Of a stretch of 41,752 nucleotides of DNA, positions 10,302 through 22,500 are shown piece by piece. The translations under genes were made by a program, and so were the position numbers. Within the stretch, counting starts at the first letter, position 1. Each line of letters begins with the position of its first letter. The notes below the pieces were generated by a model. It had not been told where the DNA came from and did no database searches. It saw only the letters and a program-made list of their open reading frames with translations. This DNA is from Trichomonas gallinae (Eukaryota): NCBI GenBank assembly GCA_008369845.1, contig MRSU01009705.1, forward strand, positions 1 through 41,752, in the 5' to 3' direction.

Positions 10302-12200
10302 TCAATGTCCTTCAATAATAAGAAGTTTTGACTTGATATGGTCAGAATAAATGTCAAGCAGTTTGCAAACATCTTCTGTTGGAATTTCATCCTCATTAAT
10401 CCAAACATAATCAGTTTTCTTTGTTGTTTGATTCGTCATCTTAACGTGGAACTTTCTGAGCTGTCTTCCGTCTGTTCCAAAACCTCCATTGACTATATTT
10501 ACAACGTCTGTGACCATTTTATCTGTCTTTCTCTTAGGAGCGGTTCGAGTAATATGCATTCTTTGTTGTATCCTTGGTTGAGGGATTCCTCTGAACGCAG
10601 ACGCGATTTTAGGTGTTGTAGCAATAGTATTGAGCGAAGAAGCTGCTTTTGTTGGAGATCTCGATCCAGTTTTGAATAATGTTTGCAATAAGTCAGGCGA
10701 AGAGTCAGAAGGAGCTACTTTCATCTTAGCTGGCTTTAGTACAGATGGAGGAATGTGTCTGTCAAGCGGAGGAAGAGTTTTTGCTTGCTGTTGTGGCTCA
10801 TTTTGCTGTGTAATACTTTCTGTGATGAAAGCACTGCCTGTTCCACTGGCACTTGTGTAGTTTACTGTTGTATTTTGTGATCTTGACTGCAATTTCACTG
10901 ATCTACTCTTTGCTTCTCTCCAAACACCACGACCATCCCAAAACAAAGCGGATATCGGTATAATAAACACGCATTCCGGTAAAATTACTTCCGCTCTGCC
11001 GTTGAAGCATCGATTAACTTTTGCATTCACCCATTTATTCTTTAATGGATGTGTTACAGCAATTGTTTCTCCTTTTTTCGGGATTTGGCGAGCTTCTGTG
11101 CTCATAGTTCCTAAGATTTCTGAATGAATTTCTTCTAAACTTTCATCGAGAGATGAAAATCCGCAGTGAGTTCTGAAAACCTCATATAAAGTCAAATCAT
11201 CGTTTTTGAAGCCATCATCTGAATCAATGCAACGATATAAAAATGAAGCAAGAATTAATCTTGGAATTGACCCAACCTTTGGTGGTTTTCCTGTTTGTAG
11301 GTATTCATTTACGTGCAATGCAGCCCAAATTTCTTGCTCAACTGCAGTTTCTGGTTTGATTAATTCATATATTTTCAAAAGAACAATCCACAGCTGCCAT
11401 TCTTCAAGATTTGAGATGTCTTGGCAGACTGCACCCCAATATTGCCTTGCAATTAATCTTGGAATATATGATAAAGGCAAATTTAGCCATTGCTTGCATA
11501 ATATGCCAAGAACTATTGACAAATAGTCCTTGAAAGTTCCAATTTGCAGTTTTATTGGATAATTTTTAGCTAGATACTGAATTCTTTCGATTTGCGGATG
11601 ATCATGCAATTGTTGAATCTGCGAACCTTGTGTTGTAATGAATATTCCAGGCTCCCCAAAATTACATTTGCTTCCTGCTAAAAAGTTGCTCACTAGTTGT
11701 GCTGAAGTCATTGTTGCGCATTCTGTCGGTTTTTCCCTTCTAGCATTCAAAACTGTATCGCTGAATGCTAGAGTATTGCGAAATTTTGCAGCATTTTTAC
11801 GAATATAATCAGAAATAAAGGTTCCATCAAATATCCAAACTCTGGGCAAAATATTTACAAAAGTTAGCGGGTGAATTTTCATTTTGTCGTTAAATCCGTT
11901 GTTTGTTGAATAGAAAAATAGAATATAGATGTGTTTTATAGCTAAAATGTCATCAACCTCTATTTTATTGTTGCGTAAATCGAGATTTATCAGTGCTTTG
12001 AAGCATTTCAGGAACTCAAGATTTGAAATTTCGTTGTTTTTTAGATTTAATGCCGTTAATTTTAGACAATTTATGAAAATATCAGGAGGAAGATACTTAA
12101 TTTTGTTGTCTTGGAGATTGATCTTCTTTACATCAGCTGGAATTTCTTCCGGCTTGATTTCAGCCAAGTCTTTCTCGCTCAAATCTAAAACATCATCCAT
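10302..12200 (-). CDS. Leucine-rich-repeat protein (SDS22-like N-terminal LRRs) with possible Tudor-like and chromo-like modules
   Basis: INLQDNKIKYLP, LTALNLKNNEISNL and LINLDLRNNKI repeats plus an LRR-cap-like LPRVWIFDG. First ATG at 12200 (the track starts at TTG). Confidence 0.85.
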   Translation of the reverse strand: MDDVLDLSEKDLAEIKPEEIPADVKKINLQDNKIKYLPPDIFINCLKLTALNLKNNEISNLEFLKCFKALINLDLRNNKIEVDDILAIKHIYILFFYSTNNGFNDKMKIHPLTFVNILPRVWIFDGTFISDYIRKNAAKFRNTLAFSDTVLNARREKPTECATMTSAQLVSNFLAGSKCNFGEPGIFITTQGSQIQQLHDHPQIERIQYLAKNYPIKLQIGTFKDYLSIVLGILCKQWLNLPLSYIPRLIARQYWGAVCQDISNLEEWQLWIVLLKIYELIKPETAVEQEIWAALHVNEYLQTGKPPKVGSIPRLILASFLYRCIDSDDGFKNDDLTLYEVFRTHCGFSSLDESLEEIHSEILGTMSTEARQIPKKGETIAVTHPLKNKWVNAKVNRCFNGRAEVILPECVFIIPISALFWDGRGVWREAKSRSVKLQSRSQNTTVNYTSASGTGSAFITESITQQNEPQQQAKTLPPLDRHIPPSVLKPAKMKVAPSDSSPDLLQTLFKTGSRSPTKAASSLNTIATTPKIASAFRGIPQPRIQQRMHITRTAPKRKTDKMVTDVVNIVNGGFGTDGRQLRKFHVKMTNQTTKKTDYVWINEDEIPTEDVCKLLDIYSDHIKSKLLIIEGH

Positions 12201-12511
12201 TCCCTTAATAACGTACTTTAATTTTGTTATTTTACAAATCAAAATTCGTATTTACATGACAAAATTACAAATCTTGAAGATATGACTAAATATATGATTG
12301 ATTTAACATATATTTAACAATATAATGATATTGTTAAATAAAAAATGTATCACTATGATAAAATCAATAAAAAAATTATTATCCATACAATCCAATTATG
12401 CTGTTATTATTAAACTACCATGTTTCTGAATACTATGAGCAATATGAATGCTGATGCAAAAAATGTTTTACTACAAATTTTTTTTATAAATCAATATAAT
12501 GATTTTATCAG

Positions 12512-14956
12512 TTATAATAAAATGAAAACATAAATGTGGAGGTATCTGAAGTCATGCATGAGGACACGGCATGTTATTGGGATGCAATCTTCAAGGCATC
12601 TCTCTTTGATCCCGGATTCAATAAGTTTAGGATGAATCGTTTTGTCGTCGACGATGACACTGCCACAAACAAGGCTGCGACAGCCAAGAAATGCATTGCT
12701 GCCAATTTGTTTGACACTTCGAGGGATGTTGATGTGGCGAAGGTTGATGCAGCCTTCAAATGCATTATTGCCAATAGTTGTAAGTGACCCGTCTGGAATC
12801 ATTATCGACTTGAGGTAGATGCAACCGATGAATGCACTCTCTGCAATAGACTGGACTGTGTATGCTAGAGCGAAAACACTTGATGGTGATGCTGGTGGAT
12901 AAACAATCATTGATGTTTTGCCACGGTTATACATTGCACCACTGTCGCTAACGAAATTGGCGCTGCTGAATTCGCTGATTTTAGAAAAGTTAGTGCAGCC
13001 ATCGAAGGCACCATAACTGATGATATTTAGCTGAGAGGAGTCTGTAATGTTAAAAAATGAAAGAGAAGTGCAGCCTTTGAAGCATTGGCTTCCAATTTCA
13101 ATAACATTATCGGGAAGATTGAAAAAGCTGATGTTAGTGTTCATGAATGACTGGCTGCCAAGAAATGTTAAACTATCAGACAAATTGATATTTTGCAGAT
13201 ATATGCAGTCTTTGAATGTTCCTGCTGGAATACGCAAATATGAAAACTTTTGCAAATCAACTGAAACTAACCCACATTGTTGGAAGCAAGATGAGCCAAA
13301 TTCGACAACATGGCTTGGAAAACTAAAAGATTTAAGAGATGATAAACCAGCAAAAACTTGTTCGCCGAGTTTTACATCGCATATTGTGTCAAATATAACT
13401 TCTGAGATCTGTTTAGAGCCTCTAAAACAGTAACTCTGAATTGTTAAAGGCTTATCTGCTGATGTGAAACGAATCGATTTAAGATTTGGGCATTCAATGA
13501 AGCATCCTTCGCCAATGAAAGTCAAGTTCTTTCCAAAAACAATTGTTTGGCTGATTCCAGTTTGGAAAAATGCCCATTTTCCAATACTGACAATATTAGG
13601 AAAATCAAAAAATTTCGTAAGCGATGTGCATCCTGAAAAAGCCCCATCTTCGATATACTCAAGCATTGATGCTTCATGACATACAACAGAAACTAGTTGC
13701 TTCATATCTCGAAAGCAATAGAACTTAATATTTTTAACTGTAGACGGGATAATGATTTCTGTTTTGCCTGGTTCGCCAAGGTATTGTGAAACTGTTGTGT
13801 TAGCGGCATTGAGAAGCAAGCCTTCTTCATTGATGTGAATTAATGAATCTTTATGGAAAACAAAACGAGCATGTGGAGAATTCATAATAATGCTGCCTCC
13901 AATAGAAGCAAGATTTTTTGGCATGATGACATCATAAAGATCTGGGCAACTTGCGAAAGCTGCATCTTTAATATCAGTAACTTTGTCTGGAATTCTAATT
14001 GTTGTGATTCCTGATGGAGCAAACAAATATCTTTCAATTGTTGTAATCTCTGGAGGCAAAAATATTTGTGTTAATGAAACAGTACCACCAAAACATCCTT
14101 CTCCTATATATGTAACTGTGTCAGGAAGAGAAACTTGATTGAGTGTTTTGCATTGGTAAAAACAATAAGTTCCGAGAGATGTGAAACCTGCTTGAAATAT
14201 TATTGATGAAAGTTTGCTATTTGTAAAACAACTATATGCAGTGGATACAGTACCACTTGGAACTGTGTAAGAGCCTGCGATTCCTGATGCAAAATAATGC
14301 ATCTCTTTTCCATTTCGTGAAAAGATTCCTTTTCCATCAGTGATAAAATGTTGATTGTCTTTGTCAATGGAAATTGACGTAACTAAAGAATTGTATATGA
14401 AAAGTGAGCCAACAATCGTTTCAACGTTGGGTGGAACAGTAAGACTCGTCATAGATGTGCCAGCAAAAAGGGTGCCAGGTAATGATGTTAGCTGACTGAT
14501 TGGTAAAAATATGACACTAGATAGAGAACGACAATATGCAAAAACACCATTTCCAAATGTTGTGACAGACGATGGTATTGTAACTGACAATAGGCCTGTG
14601 TATGAAAACGATTGCTCATTAATAGTCGTGATTCCGTCAGGAAGAGACAAATCTGATAATAAAGAACAGCCATAGAAACTAAATTGTCCAATGACTCTCA
14701 AAAGTGAGCATTGTGATAAATCTACGGACTTCAATTTCGTGCAGGAGTAGAATGCATAGTCCCCAATTGTCTTGAGCTGCGGATTAACAGAGTTTCCTGT
14801 TTCAAATGAAAACGAAACTAATGTACTTGTAACTGCTTTGAAGCAATAATCGTCTTTGGTACCATAAATAGTCTCTGTGGATGACTTGATGACGATGTGT
14901 GAGCTTTTATCTGTAACATGGCGAAGCTCTTTATTGTTGTTTTGATACTCAATCTG
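12512..14956 (-). pseudogene. BspA-like (TpLRR) surface antigen, 5'-truncated with no start codon
   Basis: Many TpLRR repeats (IGxxAFxGCxxL, IPxSVxxIG). The frame stays open upstream of 14734 (QIEYQNNNKELRHV...TIYGTKDDYCFK...LKTIGDYAFYSCTKL) up to TAG at 14957-14959, with no ATG or signal peptide. Body and hydrophobic C-terminus are intact. Confidence 0.8.
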
Positions 14957-15440
14957 CTACACAAGAAAAATATCACTTTTCAACACTGTTGTCTCAATAT
15001 TATGCTGTATACATATTGAATCAATTATATATTGAGATATATCTTGAGATTTATTTTATCAAACTAAATAACATAGCAACCATACACTTTTTATTCTAAT
15101 GTATCATTAGATCTTTGTGTCTCTATTGATACTATTATATATTTGTCCACATCTTGAAATATTTTTTATCAAAAAATATAACATTGCAATCAACTATTTT
15201 TTAATCAAATATATCATTATATTTATGTGTTTATACCGAATCAATTATATATATAACTATCTTTTGAAATCAATAGAATCAAAAAAAAATAACACTGCAA
15301 TTATACTATTTTTACTCAAATACGCCATTAGATTGTTGTAAATATACTGAATACATTATATATTTAGTTATATCTTGAAATAAATTTTATCAAAAAAATA
15401 ATATATATTATAATGATACATTTTTAATCAATTATAGCAT
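14957..15440. repeat. AT-rich block with degenerate internal repeats abutting the broken BspA 5' end; possible non-autonomous transposon relic
   Basis: Recurrent ATCAATTATA / ATCTTGA(G/A)AT / TTTTATCAAA motifs in several blocks; starts abruptly with CTACACAAGAAAAA exactly where coding similarity stops. Confidence 0.4.
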
Positions 15441-15529
15441 TAAATTGTTCCATATATACCAATTACAATATATTTTTTGATATTATAATAAAATCCCCTG
15501 ATTTATTTTTTAAGACCCTTTTGCAAGTA

Positions 15530-16111
15530 ATGGAAACCGGATTAACTCCACAACAAACGAAAGAACTGATCGAATACCTCAAGTTCGAAAGGCAAAACAG
15601 AAACGAAATCAGGAGTGAAATTTCTGTCGAATTAAATGACCTTCTTCAGGATAAATTCGAAAGAGATGAATCTTATGGCGGCAAAGAAGTTCTTAAGATG
15701 CTCAATGATTTCCCAGAAGGCATCGCAAAGACAATGAATACAGAATTGATTCATCAACGTGATATCAATGTAAATCTTATCAGACAAATCTTGCTGGGAG
15801 CTCAGGGAGAGAATCTTCTGTTAGAACTTTCGATACCTGACTTAGAAAATGAAGCTAGCACTGATGCAGCGAACTTATTAGCAGGAAAATTAATTATGAA
15901 TGCTGATAAAATGCCTTTAGAAGACCAGCCAAAGACCGTGGAAAATCCAGAAAATATTGATGTCGATGCACTTCTTGCTGAAAACGAAAAACTTAGACAA
16001 TTGTTGCAACAAAACAAAAGACAATGGCCACAGTTTGTTGAAGCTCAGAATAAGCTGAAGAATCTCAACAATGAAGTCCACGAACTCAGACACAAACTCG
16101 GAAAAGAATAA
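15530..16111 (+). CDS. LZTFL1: LZTFL1 (BBS17)-like coiled-coil protein, BBSome/flagellar trafficking regulator homolog, shortened
   Basis: GLTPQQTKELIEYLKF, TELIHQRDINVNLIRQIL..AQ, ISPDLEN-like SIPDLEN, LLAENEKLR and terminal KNLNNEVHELRHKL correspond by eye to conserved LZTFL1 blocks. ATG at 15530 with CCTTT at 15517-15521. Confidence 0.75.
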   Translation: METGLTPQQTKELIEYLKFERQNRNEIRSEISVELNDLLQDKFERDESYGGKEVLKMLNDFPEGIAKTMNTELIHQRDINVNLIRQILLGAQGENLLLELSIPDLENEASTDAANLLAGKLIMNADKMPLEDQPKTVENPENIDVDALLAENEKLRQLLQQNKRQWPQFVEAQNKLKNLNNEVHELRHKLGKE

Positions 16112-16552
16112 TCACAAAAAATTAATATTTTAGTTTTGTAATTCTATATTATTCTAAAACAAGTGTTTTCTAATCCATCTACATCGATTTATTTCCCAAA
16201 TTTTTCAAAAATCGATTTTCAAATTGTTTTATTTTCATGAAATATAACAAATGAAATGAATTTATGCGAATATATTTAAATTATAGCTTAATTTTATCTC
16301 AATTCAAGATGAAATGATTAATATCAAATCTCAATTTATTTTCCCCAAGTTTCACATATTGTGCTGGTATTTTAGGAACATAGATTATCTACATTATAGT
16401 AATATGAAACAATTCTTTCGTAATTTTAAATATTAATACTTTCTCATTTATATGACTTTTAATATTGATAAATTTATATGCTTGTTTGATTATGAGAGAG
16501 AAACTGAGAATAAAAACAAAATTTACATAAAAACAAAATAAAAATATAAAAA

Positions 16553-19500
16553 TTATGAATTTTCGAAAGTTCCAGTATATTCAATTGCTTGAAGAAGTTT
16601 TTGATAAAATATATCAATGGAACTGTATTGAGGAACATGGAGCCTGTAGAAACATGTGCTTGCAGATGGGAGGGCAGAATTGGTTGCAGCATATCTATTG
16701 AAGTCAACAATTAAGAACGGAAATACTGCATTTGCTGGAATCTGTGTTGTTCCTGTTGAAAATTGCAGGAATTTGCGTTTTTGGTTTTCATTGAATCGTG
16801 ACAAAACGGTCCAAAACATATCAACCATTTGGCTTGGCATTCCATCAAATTGTGTGAGCTGTCTTAGCTTAGAAATCGATATTGTTCGGTCACCGCATGC
16901 GAGAAACTCAAGAAGCTGTGGCGTGACGAATGTTGGAGGTGCTAATTCCAGTGCTTTCCAGAAACCAGAGCGAATAGAAAGCATCGGGCCAAGCAGTTCT
17001 TGAATTCTGTATTGATGAGCTGAAGCAATGAATCTACCAACAGTCGCATGTGTGAGTCCACGAAAGAAAAATCCACCGACGCTGACTTCATCACCGCGAA
17101 TGTTTCTAATCTTGTTCTGGTAGTGCATTTCTTGGAATTCTTCTGGAGATTTTTCTTGAGCAGCTTTTTCAAGATTCTGGATGAATTCCATGTATTCAAC
17201 ATCTATTTCGTAGATCTGCTCGATGTATATTTCTCCAGACATCAAGCAGGACCAGAATAAAGGTGGGAAAGAGAATGGCTGAACCATACCACTTCTCACT
17301 GAAATTGCAATCAATCCTCCAACACTTTCGTATAAGTGATACGTGCTTGTCCAAAGAGGAGAAGGCGCCGGTACTAACGATTCTCTGAAAGAGCCTCTGT
17401 GAGTTCTTGCGTTTGGAGTTGGCAAGAATAGGCCAATGTTTGGATCACTTATATCTTTAGAAAGCTCACTTGCCAAATCGCGACTTAATCCACCGCAATC
17501 GATGCCATTTTCTCCACAGAATGTAACGTGGAATGGATCTTTCGCACATCTGAACATGTATGGGCTTGAATATGCACGTGCGAACTGCGCAATCATCGAA
17601 TCTTTCAAGTTCTTAGAAACTCCCGAGCGAACATTGAGACCAATTTGTCTATTGATAGTAACATTATCACGACATTGAGTGTTCGAACTCATGATCAGTA
17701 CGCGGAATCTTTGCGATAAAATTACAACAGATATAAACCTTGCGTATGGAATAAAAGAGCTGTCTTGAGTAACTTCTTGGTGATGATATGTGTACCAGTT
17801 GAAAGCGAGAAGGAATCTAGCTCTAAGCTCGCATAAATGCATTTCTCTTTGTACATTCGCTTCGAATAAAACGAAACCGGACATTGTCAGATCGACACTT
17901 TGTGGATTTTTGATTTTATTTAACGGGAATTGTGCCAGTAATGCTTGGTCTTCATTAATGGTAAATGTCTTGTACATGCTTGTTATGTCAGACTCAAACT
18001 TTTCTCTGTTATTCAAGAAAATATTTTTTGCTTCTTTCGCGGTGAATTTATTGACGAATAAGCAGAATTTCAAATCGGTGATAACGTCCTTCTCATGGAA
18101 CTCGATGAAGAATGTCGTTGAAGGTGGAGTGAATTCTGAACTGACAGTCGACTTAGTATATCCTGTCATGTCAGATTGTGTCGAAATCCTAAATGGATTT
18201 TTGACAGCGTCAGGAGCTGACAAACCGAGCATAACTTTTGCAGGGATGTAGTTAGATGTCAAAGTGACTTTAATCAATGATGGGCTCATGATGTCGAATG
18301 TTGATGGAGGATATCTAATGAATGAATAGAGCCAGTCAGTTAATAGAAGATAGAATGGATAATCAGTTAATGAGGAATATTTCTTGAATATTCTCTGAAT
18401 GCATTCGAAGTCTTTCCTCTTGAAAGTATTTTCTTCGAGTAAAGAAGGTGGGAATGTAATTCCATCTGGATCATTTTTAATTGACTCTCCTCTAAGTGCG
18501 CACCATGATGGTAGATATCCAGAAAGTTGCAATAAAGCTTGCTCGTGTTTCAATTCAATGTGTGACTCCAAGAATTCTCCAAAGAAAGACATGACACATT
18601 TGGACAAAGGAAGTACATGATTCAAGACATTCATGTATTCATCTGATATATCTCCAGCATTGATTTGCAATTTTGTGCTTAAAAATCCCAAAAATTCCTG
18701 GCAGTGCGAATAAAAGAATGGAGAGCAGCCCAAAATTGCCATATATATCTCTGACATCAACTTGCTGAAATTTTTCTGTTTCCATTCCAATAATGCTTGT
18801 TTGTTAATTGAAACGAAATTGACGAAATACTTTATGTTGATTGCCAATGCGAATAATGTCTTCAAAAGAGTTACATTCGAATTCTGTAATATTGGGAAGT
18901 GAGCGCATTTCTTCGTTTCATACTGTAATCTATCACCTGGAACGAAAGAGTAATTAATAAAATCCATGTTAATATTTCTTGGGAAGACGGCATCCTTGAC
19001 TGTAGGTGCTTTGAATTTACCAAATTCAGGAACTAAAACAATCCAACCGGCTGCATTTGTGTCAATAATATTTTTTACAGCTAAACTTGAATAAGCAGCA
19101 TAAGGATTGTTTTGGTGAACAAAATGACTCTGCGGCTGGCTGAATTCTCTCATTATATTATTAAACCATGCATTGATGTATTTGGAAATTCCTTTTTCGT
19201 TGTTAATAACTTCGAATGTATTAATTAAAGCCGTATGAATATCATAAAGTTCATTAGGACAGGTGTAATTGTTGTCGAAAACACTTAATGTGAAATCAAT
19301 TGGAGACTTGTTCTGATCGAAATTAGTCATCTTGAATGGCTCACACATAACAAGAAGATTTGTGACGTATTCAATAACTAATTCAGGAGTGAAGCTGAAA
19401 TTAGTCCAAATCTGCTGAACGAATCCTGATGACAAAAGTTTTGTCATGATCAAAGTTGTCATTTCATGTTTATAAGCCTCGCAAACGCCACCAATATATG

Positions 19501-22500
19501 TGTTAATGACATCATTTGGCATCTGCTCCATGTTCTCGAAATGTATTGGTGGGCAGCCATTGTATGCAATGATTTCTGCATATTCGTCTTTAATTGAAGA
19601 AATGAAGCCTGAGATCGGATCAATTCGGATGAACTTAGACATAGCAACTGGCGAACTCAATATTGATAAACTTTTCATCGAGTAAAAATAAGAAGGAATT
19701 TTCATCTTCAAATATGAATTAGTTGTTGGAAGTTTGACATCAGAGAATTTGATGCAACTTGACAAAATCAAATTCGGTGTCTGAGAATTAAGAACTGCAT
19801 TATTATATGCTGCAGTCAAAGCATAGAAACCATTTCCTTTTGTAGATTCATTTGTTACACCACTTTTGATTAAAGAGAATTTCTGTTCTTCGCTGTTTAA
19901 GTTGTCATTTGAAGGAACTCCAAAAATTCTGTTCTTCAATCTTCCAAACACTCCACTTGCGCTCCTTAAATGCTTGAGGCCTAGTTCAGTTTTCTGCATA
20001 TTAGTTGTTTGTGGGGTCAAGCAGAGATTGTATCTGATATTCATTGCTGAAGGAACAATAGCGAAGAATGAACATCTTGCATCTGTCAAAAACAGTTTTC
20101 CGATTCTCTTCGAAACGATGCTTGACGCGATGCCGACTTTCTTTCGCTTTGGGTCAAACTTGAATTCAATAAGACGAGGCATATCAGTTTTATCTAACAA
20201 AAATGGTTCCATGTTCAAGAAAAATTGCCTCGCGACTGATGAATATAGAATGCAAGTCTCCTGGTTGAGGTCAATGCTGTGCATCACTAAACCGAAAATG
20301 ACGTTCGTGTCATTTTGAATTTCTACAGAGAAGTATGATGGAACAGTAGCATCAAGGACTGTGCTCATGAATACATGCATGCCCCTGCCTGTTTTGATCG
20401 TGTGATTATCAAGTGAATAATCGGCATGACCAATATATTTAGAGAAAGATGCATGTTCAAGATGAGGCTCTCTAGGTGAGTTTATGAAGACACCATTGGA
20501 TTCTCTTGATAAAGCTAATGAGAGAAGGTATTTAACTTTTGGAGAAAATCTTCTGAACTCAAAAGAAGAAAAGTTTTTGATTGCGAAAGTGCTGGCTAAT
20601 TGTGAAGTTATATCACTGCCGATATCAGGATTGGATATAAAAGCTTGCAAACTGGACATAGCAAAGAAGGAGAAAACTGAGTCTGAATAGCTCTGTGGCA
20701 TGCTCATGACTTGTGTGAAACATCCTAATAAAAGCAAAAAGTGTGGGAAAAGAGAGAAATCAAATGGTAAAATCGGTTCGAATGAATATGATTGTAGATT
20801 TGGAATATGTTTTGTAATAATTTCGCCACTTATTGGTAAAGAGATGCATTCGATCAGATCACGATCTTCTTCGATTGATAAAACTAAATAATGCTGATTA
20901 TCTGCCGGATTACTTAAAATTGTATTAGTATATCTTGCAGTTATAGAATTCGACAATAATGCAAAGATTGCAACGGATTCTTCTATTGTTGATTCTCTGC
21001 TTTTAATTTTATCAATAATATGGGAGGTGATATAACTAACGAATTCATTTTCAGCAGGAGTTTTTGAGCATAAAACTTTTCTCAACATCACTAAAACTTC
21101 GTTTGCAATACCGATTAATATTTCAGGAGTCTTGCAGTATTTAGACATGTGTGAAAAGGAAACTTGATCTTGTGGAATCCAATCAGGTAATATATCAGAC
21201 TTTGCGCCGCAAAATACTTTTCCAACGAAACTCAATAATTTTGAGAAAATCAAATTATTTTCGTGCAATTTAATTACGACTGCATATAAATACTGCAATA
21301 AAGTATGGAAATCTGTGTTTGGACAATAAAACATTGCTAGCGCATCTTCTTTGTCGATTGGTGGATCGAAGCCTGCCATAACCAAGCTTGTTGCCAAAGT
21401 CATGTCGAATGCGATTGTGCTAGGAATATTTTGCATCAATCCTGAAACGATTTTCTTTTTATCATCATCAATCGAAATCAAATTTAATTCAATAAAGTGC
21501 TGTATTGTTTGAAAAACAATTAAAACAGCTGCTGATAGTTCATCATCTTTAATATGTTTGCTATTAACAATTACCTTTGTCAGCAAGGTCAATAAATGTC
21601 CCCAAAGTTTATCTTCAGACGAATCTTCATGAATAATCAAAATCATGTTGATAACGAGAGGAATAATAGAGTTTGGTGACATTATTGGAATTGTGTCAAT
21701 AAAGAATGAGATTGTTTGATGTATCATTCTGATTGCTTCTTCACTTAATAATGAATATTTCGATAATGATTCTGCAATAGCCATGAATTTTGCATTAGAT
21801 GCAAAATAGCTGCAGAAACACATTAAGAAAGCATTTGGAAAATTCTCCATGTTCATGATTTTCTTTATTGAATCTGTCATCAATTTAAGATAATCATGTG
21901 ATTCTTCTATTTCGGTTCCAATCTTTGTGTATTCTTCAAGTGGAGTTATATTGGAAACGAAATCGACGATTTGTTCAATGTTTTCATCATTGTATTCAAT
22001 AGAAATTGGATTTTCTAACAAAAAGTTAACTTTAGATTCGATTATTGCGAAATACTTTGGATATTGATGTTTCATTGTCATTGGTTCATTTTTAGAAGGA
22101 TCATAAGCAGCTGTCAGTTGCTTGGATTCTTTGAGATTATTTCTAATTTTATAAACATGCTGAACAATCGGCTTCAATCTTGGATCGAACATCGGGAAAT
22201 TAGACAAAATGTTTGGGAACTGATTAAATGATTGAGAAATAGCTATGATCATTTTACCTTCGAACTCTTTTTCAGCGCCTTTAATGAATTTATTCATTGG
22301 ATTCGGAACAATTTTATGAACTGTTTCTAAAATTAATTGTTCATCATATTTTTCCTCAGTTTTTTCGGCTTTGTTCAATAATAATTTATAAATTTTCGCT
22401 TTGGAATCTAATTGCAATGAAGTTGTGTTGCTAAGAGTAGATATGCATTGAATAAAAGCAATAAACACTTTGTTGAATAGTAAGAAAAATGGATCTTTGT

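Noticed and set aside
14957..14975. Minus-strand TTTTTCTTGTGTAG as an intron acceptor rescuing the BspA gene
   Set aside because: Lacks the trichomonad ACTAAC-ACACAG branch/acceptor motif, and I found no convincing upstream leader exon with a donor site. Not strictly excluded without cDNA.
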